Shown in pieces: positions 51,434 to 63,999 of a stretch of DNA of 64,000 nucleotides. The position numbers and the translations under genes were made by a program. The DNA is taken from positions 1 to 64,000 of the forward strand of contig CACPJC010000003.1 in assembly GCA_902634185.1 (NCBI GenBank). The letters are read 5' to 3'. The stretch's first letter is position 1; each line of letters begins with the position of its first letter. The stretch comes from an uncultured Candidatus Actinomarina sp. Its GTDB lineage: Bacteria > Actinomycetota > Acidimicrobiia > Actinomarinales > Actinomarinaceae. The notes under the pieces were generated by a model. It was given only the letters and a program-made list of their open reading frames with translations, had not been told where the DNA came from and made no database searches.

Positions 51434-53290
51434 TTATCCTCGACTGAATGCGGACCAGCCCATCAATGATGCCATCTTTTGTTCTGGAAGCATTGGAACA
51501 TATCCCACTGCTGGGACAATTGCATCCATTGCTACGAAATAAAAGTCAACAAATTGACGAACTTGAGACATTCCTTTTGCAGCTTCAGCTACATAAATGA
51601 ATAGCGGACGTGCTAGGAAGTAATTTCCTTCAAAAGCTGCTTCTGGTGGTTGACAACCATCACCTGCATCAACTTCAACAGCAGTTAGTTTATCTTTGTT
51701 CTCTTCATAATATGCGAGTCCAAAGTATCCTAATCCACCAGCTGATCCTGCGACACCGTTTACGAGAACGTTGTCATCTTCAGATGCTGTATAGTCTGAT
51801 CGACTTCCACCTGCGTCTTCTGTAAGCTCTTCATTGAAGAAGTCAAATGTACCTGAGTCTGTACCTGGACCATATAGGTCTAGTGCAACATCAGGGAAAC
51901 CTGCTCTAACATCTTTCCAGTTTGTTATTGTGCTATCTGCACCCCAGATTGATGTTAATTCAGCAGTTGTTAAACATGTTGCCCAGTCATTTGATGTTGG
52001 AACAACAACAGAAAGTGCATCGATACCTACTTGAATTTCAAGGTATCCAACACCATTTTCTTCACAAAGTGCTTTTTCTTTATCTTTAATTGGACGTGAC
52101 GCGTCTGAAATCATTGTCTCACCTGGACAGAATTTCTTGAATCCTCCACCAGTTCCTGAAACACCGACTGATATAGCTACATCTGAATGAATAGCTGTAA
52201 ACTCTTCAGCAACGGCTTGTGTTACAGGGAACACTGTCGATGAACCATCAATAAGAATTTCTCCACTGAGGGTTGAATCGCCAGATATAACCTGCCAGTA
52301 TTCTAATTGTCTATCAGCTGCATCTGGCAACATTGGTATGTAGCCAACAGCTTCAACAATTGGATCAAGTGAGTCAAAGTAAAAGTCAACGAAAGCTTTG
52401 ATTACAGGATCTTTTGCTTTAGCATCATTTACATATATAAATAATGGTCTTGCTAATCCATAAGTTCCTGAGAAAGCTCCTTCAGGACCTATACATCCTT
52501 TTCCTGCATCAACTTCAACAGCAGTTAGTTTATCTTTGTTCTCTTCATAATATGCGAGTCCAAAGTATCCTAATCCACCAGCTGATCCAGAGACACCGTT
52601 TACGAGAACGTTGTCATCTTCAGATGCTGTATAGTCTGATCGACTTCCACCCAAATCTTCAGTTATTTCTTCATTGAAGAAGTCAAATGTACCTGAGTCT
52701 GTACCTGGACCATATAGGTCTAGTGCAACATCAGGGAAACCTGCTCTAACATCTTTCCAGTTTGTTATTGTGCTATCTGCACCCCAGATTTTTCCTAATT
52801 CTTCAACTGTTAAACATGTTGCCCAGTCATTTGATGTTGGAACAACAACAGAAAGTGCATCTACACCGACTTGTAGTTCAGTGAACTCTGTGCCACCTTC
52901 ATAACAGAGATTTCTTTCTTTATCTTTGATTGGTCTTGAAGCATCAGATATATCTGTTTCTCCAGGACAAAATTTCTTGAATCCTCCACCGGTTCCTGAC
53001 ACACCTACAGATATTTCTACACCTGGGTTAACTGCAGTAAATTCTTCTGCTACAGCTTGTGTAATAGGGAAAACAGTTGAAGATCCGTCGATAAGTATTG
53101 ATCCAGTTAAGCCTGCATCACTACTACCACTATCAGAAGCTACAGTTGTTTGACTACTGGCTGTTTCCTCCGATGTTGTTGGTTCTTCACTTTCTTCTGA
53201 AGAGGTATCATCATCTCCACCACCACAGGCAGCAAGAACGAGAACCATCACAAGAAGTAAAGACCAAAACTTAGATCTTGATCTAATCAT
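51434..53290 (-). CDS. pstS: Phosphate-binding lipoprotein with two tandem PstS domains
   Basis: Lipobox LAAC and an S/E/T linker, then two copies of IDGSSTVFP...SGTGGG...DASR...GTDSGT...LARPLFIY. Confidence 0.95.
   Translation of the reverse strand: MIRSRSKFWSLLLVMVLVLAACGGGDDDTSSEESEEPTTSEETASSQTTVASDSGSSDAGLTGSILIDGSSTVFPITQAVAEEFTAVNPGVEISVGVSGTGGGFKKFCPGETDISDASRPIKDKERNLCYEGGTEFTELQVGVDALSVVVPTSNDWATCLTVEELGKIWGADSTITNWKDVRAGFPDVALDLYGPGTDSGTFDFFNEEITEDLGGSRSDYTASEDDNVLVNGVSGSAGGLGYFGLAYYEENKDKLTAVEVDAGKGCIGPEGAFSGTYGLARPLFIYVNDAKAKDPVIKAFVDFYFDSLDPIVEAVGYIPMLPDAADRQLEYWQVISGDSTLSGEILIDGSSTVFPVTQAVAEEFTAIHSDVAISVGVSGTGGGFKKFCPGETMISDASRPIKDKEKALCEENGVGYLEIQVGIDALSVVVPTSNDWATCLTTAELTSIWGADSTITNWKDVRAGFPDVALDLYGPGTDSGTFDFFNEELTEDAGGSRSDYTASEDDNVLVNGVAGSAGGLGYFGLAYYEENKDKLTAVEVDAGDGCQPPEAAFEGNYFLARPLFIYVAEAAKGMSQVRQFVDFYFVAMDAIVPAVGYVPMLPEQKMASLMGWSAFSRG
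51663..52861. repeat. Near-identical intragenic direct repeat (51663-52021 vs 52503-52861, offset 840 bp)
   Basis: Long identical blocks, for example lines 51841 and 52681. Differences fall in a few short clusters. Confidence 0.93.
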
Positions 53291-53345
53291 GGATTTCCTT
53301 TCTTTAATTTAATTAAATTAACAATGGTAAGAGTATTTTGTAAAA

Positions 53346-53363
53346 GTAAACGCAAAGTAAACG
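53346..53363 (-). promoter_or_regulatory. PHO-box-like direct repeat upstream of pstS
   Basis: Minus strand CGTTTACTTTG-CGTTTAC with 11-nt period, like Streptomyces PhoP GTTCA units. Lies 10 nt upstream of a TACTCT -10-like hexamer at 53335-53330. Confidence 0.6.
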
Positions 53364-53386
53364 TTAAGCTTAAATATGTTTAAGTT

Positions 53387-54217
53387 TCAAATTAACTCAG
53401 TAGGTGAAAACCAATTTCCTCTATTAAATGCTAGGATATAACTTTCGTATCCAAGAAAGTCTTTTTGATATTCTTCAGGGATATTGAATCCCCACCAATC
53501 TGTTTTAAATTGTGATCGATGAGCCTTCATAGAATTGATTTTATTTTCAATATACTTTGTTCCATCTATTTCGACATCAATATCCTCATTATCACTTCCG
53601 ATAGGATTAAATGCATTAAACTCATCTTCAGTTAATATTCCAGCCTCATACATTTGAGTTCGTCTTGCTTGAATTCTCGATTTTGACCACGCATTAAAAT
53701 AAAGTCTTTCTGGAATCCATATGTCTTCTTCATCTTTTAATGGAAACTTATCTATATCACCAGCTGCAAAAAACGCAGCTGTTCCAACTCTATGTGTTTG
53801 AATATGATCAGGATGCCCATATCCCCCAAATGGATCATAGGTTATTAAAACATCAGGTTTATATTTTCTTATTTCTGTCACAAGCTTGCCCACAGGTCCA
53901 AAATAGTCTTGTCTCCAAAAACAATCAGGATCATTGTTCTCCTCTGTGCCCATCATTCCAGAGTCTTTATATCCAAGCCATTCATATTCTTTTACACCTA
54001 GAGCATCTAAACTTTTTTCAAGTTCCTCTTTTCGCATTTCAGCCAATTTTGGAAATAACTCTTCTGGGTTTTCATAGTTATGAATTTCTCCAGCTGAACC
54101 ATCAGTTGCTGTAACAACAACAACTCGATGACCTTCATCTGCATATTTAGCTAAGGTAACACCTGTTGATACGCTTTCATCGTCAGGATGTGCGTGAAAA
54201 GCAAGAATTGTTGCCAT
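53387..54217 (-). CDS. PIG-L family deacetylase (MshB/Mca-like, mycothiol metabolism)
   Basis: HAHPDDES, LGY.DSGM.G, TYDPFGGYGHPDHIQTH and AH.SQ. Confidence 0.88.
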   Translation of the reverse strand: MATILAFHAHPDDESVSTGVTLAKYADEGHRVVVVTATDGSAGEIHNYENPEELFPKLAEMRKEELEKSLDALGVKEYEWLGYKDSGMMGTEENNDPDCFWRQDYFGPVGKLVTEIRKYKPDVLITYDPFGGYGHPDHIQTHRVGTAAFFAAGDIDKFPLKDEEDIWIPERLYFNAWSKSRIQARRTQMYEAGILTEDEFNAFNPIGSDNEDIDVEIDGTKYIENKINSMKAHRSQFKTDWWGFNIPEEYQKDFLGYESYILAFNRGNWFSPTELI

Positions 54218-54534
54218 TATTCGTCTGAGGTAAATGTCTTCTTTGCTAACTCTTGCCCGAGTTCGATGGCTTTATCATGATCACCGTCAATTTTTTCAAC
54301 TAACTCACCAAGAACAATTACTTTTTCACCAGTAATTTGAAGTATTCCGCCAGAAATTGCAAAAGATGTTCTCTGATTATCATGCTCTATGGTTAACCCA
54401 CCTGGAACTAATGTAGCTACGGTTGGTTCATGGCCTTCTAATATACCAATCTCTCCGTTTGGAGTTCTTGATATGACCATTGTTGCATCCCCTGTAAAGC
54501 AACTCTCCTCAGGAGAAACGACCTCTACATACAT
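54217..54534 (-). CDS. atpC: ATP synthase epsilon subunit (short C-terminus)
   Basis: VEVVSPE, GEIGIL.GH.P and AISGG. Follows atpD. Confidence 0.92.
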   Translation of the reverse strand: MYVEVVSPEESCFTGDATMVISRTPNGEIGILEGHEPTVATLVPGGLTIEHDNQRTSFAISGGILQITGEKVIVLGELVEKIDGDHDKAIELGQELAKKTFTSDE

Positions 54535-55953
<1,419 letters not shown>

Positions 55954-55964
55954 TTAGTTTCTCC

Positions 55965-56834
55965 TTACCCGGCTAAAGCTTCCGCTCCACCAACAATTTC
56001 TGAAATCTCTGTTGTAATCTCAGCTTGTCTAGCTTGATTACTTTGTCTTGATAAAATCTTGATTAACTCTTCTGCGTTCTCGGTAGCAGCTTTCATTGCT
56101 CTCATTCGTGACGCATGCTCTGATGTTGAAGCATTCAGTAATGAAGAGAAGATTGTCGCATTTGTATATTTTGGAATGATGTTGCTGAGAACCTGACTTG
56201 CTGAAGGTTCAAATGTATACCCACCAACTGACTCTATTTCTTTCGCTATCTGTTCTACTTCGAAAGGAAGTACTGTCTTATACAACGCCGTTTGAGTCAT
56301 TGCAGATTTATATTCTGTGTAAACAATTTCAATTTGATTTGTTTTTCCATCATAGAATTCTTGTACAAGAGGTGTCATAATCTCTAGTGCATTCTCGAAA
56401 TTTGGCTCATCAGTAATGCCCTCATAGTTTTGTTTAGGTTCAATATTTCTGTACTTAAAGTAACCATTTGCTTTTTTTCCAACGGTCACAATCTCAACTT
56501 TATTATTCAAGTTTTCATATTCAGCTTTTCTTACCTCAGCAAGTTTTAAAATATTGGTGTTATATGCACCAGCAAGTCCTCGATCTGAAGTAATAACAAC
56601 TAATGTTATTTTTTTTGTTCCTTCAACCGGTGGTGAACTTGGCATCTCTCCACTTCCTGTTAATTCCTCAACAATTTGTGAGAGTAGATTTGTGTAATTA
56701 TTTGATGATGTAAGTCTTTGTTGTGCTTTTACGATTCTTGAAGATGCAATAAGTTCCATTGCACGTGTTATTTTCTTAGTGGATTTAACACTCTTTATTC
56801 TTCTATTTATGATTCGTAATTCAGCACTTGCCAT
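55965..56834 (-). CDS. atpG: ATP synthase gamma subunit
   Basis: KKITRAMEL, SDRGLAG, SEHASRM.AM and RQAEITTEISEIVGGA. Confidence 0.97.
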   Translation of the reverse strand: MASAELRIINRRIKSVKSTKKITRAMELIASSRIVKAQQRLTSSNNYTNLLSQIVEELTGSGEMPSSPPVEGTKKITLVVITSDRGLAGAYNTNILKLAEVRKAEYENLNNKVEIVTVGKKANGYFKYRNIEPKQNYEGITDEPNFENALEIMTPLVQEFYDGKTNQIEIVYTEYKSAMTQTALYKTVLPFEVEQIAKEIESVGGYTFEPSASQVLSNIIPKYTNATIFSSLLNASTSEHASRMRAMKAATENAEELIKILSRQSNQARQAEITTEISEIVGGAEALAG

Positions 56835-56837
56835 GGT

Positions 56838-58355
56838 TTATTCTTCTTTTTTCTCCAATGTACTTACAAAGGCTTCAACAGCTGTTTTTAATTCCTCTTC
56901 AGGTAATTCACCTGTTGTTTTTATTGAATTAATAACATCTGAATGTCTTGTTTTAACAAAATCAATCAAATCTAATTCGGTTTGAGGGATGTCAGCAGGA
57001 TCAACTACATCTAAAAATCCCTCTGTTACTGCATAGAGTGAGATGACTTGCTCTTCCATTGGCACTGGTTGATATTGTGGCTGCTTTAATAATTCGACAA
57101 CTCTTCTTCCTCTATCAAGCTGTGCTTGTGATGCAGCATCCAAGTCTGATCCAAACTCTGCAAAGGCCTCTAACTCTCTGAACTGTGCAAGGTTAATTCT
57201 TAAAGGTCCTGAAACTTTCTTCATAGCTTTAGTTTGTGCAGCACCACCCACTCTTGATACTGATGTACCTGGGTTTACAGCAGGTCTAACACCAGAATAA
57301 AAGAGTTCTGATTCCAAATAAATCTGTCCATCTGTAATGGAAATAACATTTGTTGGGATGAATGCCGATACGTCTCCAGCTTTTGTTTCTATGATTGGTA
57401 GCCCTGTAAGTGAACCGCCACCTAACTCTTCACTAACTTTTGCACAACGCTCTAATAGCCTCGAGTGAAGATAGAAAACGTCACCAGGATAAGCCTCTCT
57501 TCCAGGAGGTCTTCTTAGTAGAAGTGATATCTGACGATATGCGATGGCTTGTTTTGATAGATCGTCAAAAACAATTAATCCATGCTCACCGTTATACATC
57601 CAATGTTGGCCAATTGCTGACCCAGCATAAGGAGCATACATCTGCAATGCAGCTGCAGCTGAGGCGGGTGCGTTTACAATTACTACTTTATCTAGAACAC
57701 CCTCTTGCTCAAATCTCTCTACTACTTCTGCAACAGTTGATGATTTTTGACCAATAGCAACATAGATACATTTAACATCTGTGTCTTTTTGATTGATTAT
57801 TGTATCAACTGCAACAGCAGTTTTTCCAATCTGTCTATCACCAATAATTAATTCTCTTTGTCCACGACCAATTGGAATCATTGAGTCAATAGCTTTAATA
57901 CCAGTTTGTAGTGGCTCCCCAACGGGTTGTCTTTCAACAACAGATGGGGCTTGAAGTTCTAATCGTCTTCGTTCAGTAAATTCAATAGGTCCTTTGCCAT
58001 CAATTGGATTTCCTAGGGGATCAATAACTCTTCCCAAAAAGCCATCACCAACACCAATTGACAACACCTCTCCAGTTTGTTTTACAGGCATGCCCTCTTC
58101 TATGTGATTTGAGTCACCCATCAAAACAACACCGATAGAATCCTCTTCAAGGTTAAGTGCTACTCCAACAAGTCCCCCTGGGAATTCAAGAAGCTCTGAT
58201 GCCATAACATTTTCTAAGCCTTTAACTCTTGCTACTCCATCAGCTACCGCAGAAACGTAACCAACAAGATCGTCTTTTACAGAATCCTGCCAATCACCTA
58301 GAGTCTCTTTTAATGAATCTGATATTTGTTTTGCATCAATATTAAATTCGCTCAA
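56838..58355 (-). CDS. atpA: ATP synthase alpha subunit
   Basis: GDRQIGKT and [23 protein letters not shown]. Confidence 0.98.
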   Translation of the reverse strand: MSEFNIDAKQISDSLKETLGDWQDSVKDDLVGYVSAVADGVARVKGLENVMASELLEFPGGLVGVALNLEEDSIGVVLMGDSNHIEEGMPVKQTGEVLSIGVGDGFLGRVIDPLGNPIDGKGPIEFTERRRLELQAPSVVERQPVGEPLQTGIKAIDSMIPIGRGQRELIIGDRQIGKTAVAVDTIINQKDTDVKCIYVAIGQKSSTVAEVVERFEQEGVLDKVVIVNAPASAAAALQMYAPYAGSAIGQHWMYNGEHGLIVFDDLSKQAIAYRQISLLLRRPPGREAYPGDVFYLHSRLLERCAKVSEELGGGSLTGLPIIETKAGDVSAFIPTNVISITDGQIYLESELFYSGVRPAVNPGTSVSRVGGAAQTKAMKKVSGPLRINLAQFRELEAFAEFGSDLDAASQAQLDRGRRVVELLKQPQYQPVPMEEQVISLYAVTEGFLDVVDPADIPQTELDLIDFVKTRHSDVINSIKTTGELPEEELKTAVEAFVSTLEKKEE

Positions 58356-58356
58356 T

Positions 58357-58884
58357 TTACCTACTTTCTAAAACTGTTTTTATCTCTGAGATTTTTGAGG
58401 AAATCAATCCATCAAATGTTCTCTCACCAATACTTACGCTAAGTCCACCCAATACATCTGGATTAACTTCAACTTTTATTTCCACATCGGTGCCTAATTT
58501 TTTCTTGAGGGCACTTATTAAACTTTTTTCAGTTTTTGCATCTAATTCAACAGCTGAAACAACTTTTGCAACTGATGCCCCTCTTTTTTCAGCAATATAA
58601 TTTGCGACCGAACTCTCGATATCAGAGAGGTTATCTCCAAAACCTTGAGATATTGTCAAGGTTATTAGATCAAGAGTGAGTGGTAACACTCTTTTGTCGA
58701 GTAATGAATTAACTACCTCTATCTTCTTTTCAACAGGAATACCAAAATTTCTAAACACATCTAATGCTTCAGAGCTTTTTGAAAATGCATTGAAAACTTG
58801 GAGGATTTCATTTTCAACTCTTTCAGCATCTTTAGATGAAGAAATAATTTCAACAATTCCTTTTGAGAAAGAATCAACAGACAT
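58357..58884 (-). CDS. atpH: ATP synthase delta subunit
   Basis: Operon position, V.SAVEL and V.PDVLGG..V.IG...DG. Confidence 0.92.
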   Translation of the reverse strand: MSVDSFSKGIVEIISSSKDAERVENEILQVFNAFSKSSEALDVFRNFGIPVEKKIEVVNSLLDKRVLPLTLDLITLTISQGFGDNLSDIESSVANYIAEKRGASVAKVVSAVELDAKTEKSLISALKKKLGTDVEIKVEVNPDVLGGLSVSIGERTFDGLISSKISEIKTVLESR

Positions 58885-58888
58885 TTAC

Positions 58889-59425
58889 TTAATTCAACTC
58901 CTTAATAAACTTTTCAATTAATTTTTTTTGATCAGCTTTTGACATTGAAGAAGCTACTTTTTGAGAAATCTCAAGAGATAGATCAGCTACCTCACTTTTT
59001 AACTCAGTTGAGACTCTTTCTTTTTCAGCGTCTGAGTCTGACTTTGCTTTTTCAATTATTGCTTCTGCTTCAGCTCTTGCTTCAGTTAAAACATCTTCTT
59101 TAAGTTTTTCTGCAGCTTGCTTACCTTCATCAATAATTTTTTGAACTTCTGCGTCAGCGTTTGAAACTAAAGCATCATATTCTTGCTTTGATTTCTCAGC
59201 TTCTGATTTAGTATCTTCAGCTTCCTTTATCTGTCCTTCTATTTCAGCAGATCTTTTATCAAGTGTTTCGTTCATGGCAGGTAAAGCCCACTTCCAAACA
59301 AAGAAAAATACTACTGCAAAAGCTACTACTCCAGCTACTAATTCTGAAGTTGCAGGCAGCAATAAGTCAACACCTGAGCTTGACTCTTCTGCTTCCGCTA
59401 AAAATGTATCCAAATAAAACATCAT
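58889..59425 (-). CDS. atpF: ATP synthase b subunit
   Basis: One TM segment followed by a long A/E/K coiled coil. Operon position fits. Confidence 0.94.
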   Translation of the reverse strand: MMFYLDTFLAEAEESSSGVDLLLPATSELVAGVVAFAVVFFFVWKWALPAMNETLDKRSAEIEGQIKEAEDTKSEAEKSKQEYDALVSNADAEVQKIIDEGKQAAEKLKEDVLTEARAEAEAIIEKAKSDSDAEKERVSTELKSEVADLSLEISQKVASSMSKADQKKLIEKFIKELN

Positions 59426-59427
59426 TT

Positions 59428-59643
<216 letters not shown>

Positions 59644-59647
59644 TTAA

Positions 59648-60454
59648 TTAATGCTCTGGATGCAGAGACGTCTGTATATAAACTGCTGACAACAAAGTAA
59701 ATATGTATGCCTGCAGAATAGAAACTATTAATTCAAAACCATATATTGCAAGACCTAATGTAAACCATGCAAGACCAACAGGTGCTTTTGATACGATATA
59801 CTCGCCTACTCCAGGTTGTACAACAAAGAAATATGCTGAAGCCAAGAGAAGACTTAACATTACGTGACCCGCTACAAGGTTAGCAAATAATCGAACAGCT
59901 AAACTAAATGGTCTTACAAGTAGAACTGAAACTAACTCGATTGCGCCAACAAGAGGTTTTAAGGCTACAGGAACTCCTGGTGGCCATAGTAAGTTTGTAA
60001 AATATTTTATTCCCTCTGTTTTGATTCCGACAAAAAGAAATATTACGTAGGTGATAAGGCTTAAGAATAGAGGAAGTGCCATGCGAGATGTTACTGGGAA
60101 ATTGATAAGTGGAGTGACCTCAAATAAGTTACCAACCAAGATAAACATAAATACTGAAATTAGATATGGTGTAAATTTCTCTCCACCTCGGCCAATTACA
60201 CCTAGGGCTATTTCATCTTTCACGAAAGTAAAGATGCTTTCAACTACAGATTGAAGTCTTCCAGGAACAACTGATTTTTTTCTAAGCCCAAAAAACATTA
60301 AAACTACTGGGATAATCGCAGCTAAAAGTATAAGAATTTCTGTTCGGGAGATATCAGAAGAACCAAAGTTCCCAAATTCGAACAAAGAGTTTACATTTTC
60401 AGGTTTGCAAACAACGTTGTTTATAAAATCACAAGTCTCAGCTGCTGTTATCAT
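59648..60454 (-). CDS. atpB: ATP synthase a subunit
   Basis: PGRLQ, RPFSLAVRLFAN..AGH and LQAYIF.LL. Confidence 0.96.
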   Translation of the reverse strand: MITAAETCDFINNVVCKPENVNSLFEFGNFGSSDISRTEILILLAAIIPVVLMFFGLRKKSVVPGRLQSVVESIFTFVKDEIALGVIGRGGEKFTPYLISVFMFILVGNLFEVTPLINFPVTSRMALPLFLSLITYVIFLFVGIKTEGIKYFTNLLWPPGVPVALKPLVGAIELVSVLLVRPFSLAVRLFANLVAGHVMLSLLLASAYFFVVQPGVGEYIVSKAPVGLAWFTLGLAIYGFELIVSILQAYIFTLLSAVYIQTSLHPEH

Positions 60455-60842
60455 TTGCCCAATCTAAGTCAGTGTCTTTTCTTTTAATTACCATAGCCAT
60501 TTCTAAGAATAACATACTTAAAAACACGATTGGCACTGTCAAAGACATTGCCAATTCATCAATAGAATATAAGCTTCTCAGTAATAAGAGAAGTCCAAAA
60601 ATGAAAATTAATCTGAATAAATATCCAAAAATTGCGGCGAAGTAATAGAAATTTAATGAGACTTTTGCTGCATATGACATGATGACTGCACCCAAATAAA
60701 ATCCAATTGCAACAATTATTGATGACGCAAGAGATGTAACAAATGCATTTTGTGATCTAATTAAAAAAAGAAGTGGGCAAAGAATATAAATTATTGACGC
60801 CCTTTTAAGCATTCTTGTAGCTAGTACTAATTCAACATTCAT
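60438..60842 (-). CDS. atpI: ATP synthase protein I-like membrane protein
   Basis: Four hydrophobic segments, directly upstream of atpB. Confidence 0.65.
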   Translation of the reverse strand: MNVELVLATRMLKRASIIYILCPLLFLIRSQNAFVTSLASSIIVAIGFYLGAVIMSYAAKVSLNFYYFAAIFGYLFRLIFIFGLLLLLRSLYSIDELAMSLTVPIVFLSMLFLEMAMVIKRKDTDLDWANDNSS

Positions 60843-61051
60843 TGATCTTGTTCAAGCTTTTTTGAAATTTTCCACATTCTTCTGAAACCATCATAAATTC
60901 CAACAAACAAAAAGATGATAACTGTGTACGGCTCAAACCCGATAAAATTTTGGACAAGTAAACCCACTAACAGACCGCTAATTATTGAAGTTGAAAACGA
61001 ACTTACTGGACCGTAGTCTTCTAAATTTAATTTTCTTCGATTGTTAGACAT
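60839..61051 (-). CDS. AtpZ/AtpI-family small membrane protein
   Basis: 70 aa with two TM segments (GLLVG...P...IIFLFVG...GF..MW). First gene of the atp cluster. Confidence 0.65.
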   Translation of the reverse strand: MSNNRRKLNLEDYGPVSSFSTSIISGLLVGLLVQNFIGFEPYTVIIFLFVGIYDGFRRMWKISKKLEQDQ

Positions 61052-62306
61052 ATGGCTTGTATTGTGAAGCTAACTCTTTTACTTCATCTTTTAATTCATC
61101 AAGCTTGTTTGAATCTGATCTATTTTTTAGAATTTCTGAAATTAAATATCCTACTTTTGTTAATTCACTTTCCTTCATTCCACATGTTGTTGCAGCTGGC
61201 GTACCCATTCTTATGCCTGATGTAACAAATGGTGATCTCTCATCAAATGGAATGGCATTTCGATTTAGCGTAATTCCCATTTCATTGAGTAAAATACCTG
61301 CATCTTTACCAGTTAGCTCTTCGTCAACACTGTTTGTATCAACTAATACAATGTGATTAGTTGTTCCCCCGCTTACAACTCTTAGACCTTCATTTATGAA
61401 AGAGTCAGAGAGTGCTGAAGCATTCTTTAAAATTTGAGCGGTATAATCTTGAAAATCTTTTGATAGTGCTTCTTTAAAGCAAACGGCCTTTGCTGCAATC
61501 TGGTTATTTAATGCTCCACCTTGTGCTCCTGGGAAAATATTTTTATCTACACCTTTTGCAAATTCCTCAGTTGATAAAATCATTCCACCTCTTGGACCTC
61601 TCAGTGCTTTGTGAGTTGTTGCAGTGACAACATCAGCATATTTCATTGGATTCTCAACAACCTTACCGGCAACAAGGCCAATAAAATGTGCGGCATCAAC
61701 CATAAAATAAGCTCCAACTGAATCAGCAATCTCTCTAAAAGCCTTGTAATCAAGCTCCTGAGAATAAGATGAGTATCCTGCAATTAGTAATTTTGGTTTT
61801 GTTTCCTCTGCTAATTTTGCAACATCATCCATATTGATCAATTCAGTTTCTTTATCTAATCCATAACCAACAAAGTTATACATTCTTCCAGAAAAGTTAA
61901 CAGGAGAACCGTGTGTTAAATGCCCACCTTGGTCAAGAGACATACCCATAACGGTGTCACCAGCTTCTAGGAGGTTTAAGTAGACTGCCATGTTTGCTGA
62001 TGATCCTGAATGAGGCTGGACGTTTGCATGATCTGCCTCAAATAATTCACATGCTCTGTCAATTGCGAGTTGTTCTATCTCATCAACAGTCTCACAACCC
62101 TCGTAATATCTTCTTCCTGGAAAACCTTCTGAATACTTGTTTGTAAGAATAGAACCTGACGCCTGCATCACTGCCTTTGATGCAAAGTTCTCCGAAGCAA
62201 TTAAATGTATATGTGAGTTTTGACGTGCTAAATCATTATCAATTAATGATGCTATCTCATTATCTGTTTCAAATAATTCAGTGTTTAATGCGCCAGTATT
62301 TTCCAT
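61044..62306 (-). CDS. glyA: Serine hydroxymethyltransferase
   Basis: LIASEN, NKYSEG.PG.RYY.GC, NVQPHSG, GGHLTHG and [12 protein letters not shown]. Confidence 0.97.
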   Translation of the reverse strand: MENTGALNTELFETDNEIASLIDNDLARQNSHIHLIASENFASKAVMQASGSILTNKYSEGFPGRRYYEGCETVDEIEQLAIDRACELFEADHANVQPHSGSSANMAVYLNLLEAGDTVMGMSLDQGGHLTHGSPVNFSGRMYNFVGYGLDKETELINMDDVAKLAEETKPKLLIAGYSSYSQELDYKAFREIADSVGAYFMVDAAHFIGLVAGKVVENPMKYADVVTATTHKALRGPRGGMILSTEEFAKGVDKNIFPGAQGGALNNQIAAKAVCFKEALSKDFQDYTAQILKNASALSDSFINEGLRVVSGGTTNHIVLVDTNSVDEELTGKDAGILLNEMGITLNRNAIPFDERSPFVTSGIRMGTPAATTCGMKESELTKVGYLISEILKNRSDSNKLDELKDEVKELASQYKPYV

Positions 62307-62315
62307 ATTTACACT

Positions 62316-62903
62316 TTAACAGTAACTTGGAGGCCATTTAAGTGGCCCTTGCCTTAAAATTTCCCCACCTGTAACTCTAAAATCGACAACTGTAGATCCA
62401 TCTCCATGGATTGATGATCCCTCTAAATAATATCCAATATTGTCTTTAAACATTTCATATGCCTCACTGTCGTTCTTTGCTTCTTCGTCGCCAGAGGTAT
62501 TTGCACTTGTAACTGCCAGTGGACCAATTTCATTTAATAGTTGTATAGTTAGTTCATTATCAGGAACTCTTAATCCAATTGTGTTTGGATTTTTTGTACC
62601 GACACCATCAACATATTCTTCATTGGTTTCAACAACTGCAGTCAGAGGTCCTGGCCAGTAGAGATCTACAATTTCAGGTACTTGTGTAACAAGATCAAGT
62701 TGTTGCAAATATGTGTATGAGGGAATAAGTAATGAGATAGGTTTTGAATCATCTCTTTCTTTTAATTCGAATAATTTTTCTACAGCTTCTTTAGAGTTTG
62801 GATTGACGCCTATACCGTAAACGGTTTCTGTGGGAATACCAACAACTTCATTTTTATTAATTGCATCTATTGCTTGTGAGATATTATCGCCTTGCATAAA
62901 CAT
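62316..62903 (-). CDS. tsaC: L-threonylcarbamoyladenylate synthase (TsaC/Sua5/YrdC)
   Basis: PTETVYGI, K.R...KP, WPGPLT, RVP, TSAN.SG, STVVD and LRQG. Confidence 0.93.
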   Translation of the reverse strand: MFMQGDNISQAIDAINKNEVVGIPTETVYGIGVNPNSKEAVEKLFELKERDDSKPISLLIPSYTYLQQLDLVTQVPEIVDLYWPGPLTAVVETNEEYVDGVGTKNPNTIGLRVPDNELTIQLLNEIGPLAVTSANTSGDEEAKNDSEAYEMFKDNIGYYLEGSSIHGDGSTVVDFRVTGGEILRQGPLKWPPSYC

Positions 62904-63636
62904 ACCTATCTTTGTCTGCCAAGTCTTTAATTAATTCTACATCGTCATAGTTATTCAATAATTCAATTACTTTCTGCCCAAATCTCTCATCAATCTCAAG
63001 AAATATTTCAAAGTCTTTGTATTCTTTATGATCAATTTGATTTATAAGGTTTTGAATAATGTTAATCCCGTCATTATCTCCACCATCAAGGGCATTTAAA
63101 GGTTCGTAATTAAGGACTTCCAAATCAAGAGTTTCAATTTCACTACTTGGTATATATGGTAAGTTTGCAATTATTAAGTCAAAATTATTACTACTTACTT
63201 CATTAAGGAGATCTGATTGGATGAATTCAATATTCATTCCATTGAGGGTTGCGTTTTCAGTAGCTAATTGAATAGCAAAAGGTGAGATATCGATCCCTTT
63301 TACTTCAGCTTCTGGATATAAATGTTTCATCATCAGACTTATACAACCAGAACCAGTACCAACATCTAATATGCTTTTTGGTTTTACAACCTTGTTTTTA
63401 ATTATCTCGATCAAATACTCTGTTTCAGGTCTTGGAATTAATGCACGTTCATCTACTTTTAACTGGACCGTATAAAAGGGCATGAATTCTTCAATATATT
63501 GAATTGGTTCGTGATTTAACCTGCGTGTAAGTAATGTTGAATATTCATTTTGATATTCTGTTTTACTACCAGAGATTTCTTGAGCTTTTTGTTTTAACCT
63601 CTCAAGTTCATGATTTGGGATAGATTTTATATCCAA
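62884..63636 (-). CDS. prmC: Release factor glutamine methyltransferase
   Basis: RR..HEP.QYI, LIPRPETE, DVGTGSG, NLPY and EP..AL.GG. Confidence 0.93.
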   Translation of the reverse strand: MDIKSIPNHELERLKQKAQEISGSKTEYQNEYSTLLTRRLNHEPIQYIEEFMPFYTVQLKVDERALIPRPETEYLIEIIKNKVVKPKSILDVGTGSGCISLMMKHLYPEAEVKGIDISPFAIQLATENATLNGMNIEFIQSDLLNEVSSNNFDLIIANLPYIPSSEIETLDLEVLNYEPLNALDGGDNDGINIIQNLINQIDHKEYKDFEIFLEIDERFGQKVIELLNNYDDVELIKDLADKDRYVYARR

Positions 63637-63999
63637 TTATTCCTCTAGAGTTGCGAGTCTTGTTGTTTCATTATCTGCTATTAGAGCGTCAATAAAATCA
63701 CCTAAATCACCATCTAAGACCTGATCTAGTTTCTTGAGGGTTAAGTTGATTCTGTGATCAGACACCCTGTTGTCTTTATAATTGTAAGTTCTAATTTTGT
63801 CAGATCGCTCACCAGAACCTACTTGTTCCTTTCTATTCTTTGCTCGTTCAGCTTCAGCTTCGTCTTGACGTGCTTTTAATAATCTTGCTCTTAAAATTCT
63901 CATAGCTTTTTCTTTATTTTGTAACTGTGACTTTTCATCTTGGCAGGAGACAACAAGCCCAGTAGGTACATGAGTAATTCTTACAGCTGAGTCTGTCGT
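63637..63999 (-). CDS. prfA: Peptide chain release factor 1, 5'-truncated by window edge
   Basis: [22 protein letters not shown] and RSDKIRTYN...RVSDHRI. Upstream of prmC. Confidence 0.95.
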   Translation of the reverse strand, partial: TTDSAVRITHVPTGLVVSCQDEKSQLQNKEKAMRILRARLLKARQDEAEAERAKNRKEQVGSGERSDKIRTYNYKDNRVSDHRINLTLKKLDQVLDGDLGDFIDALIADNETTRLATLEE

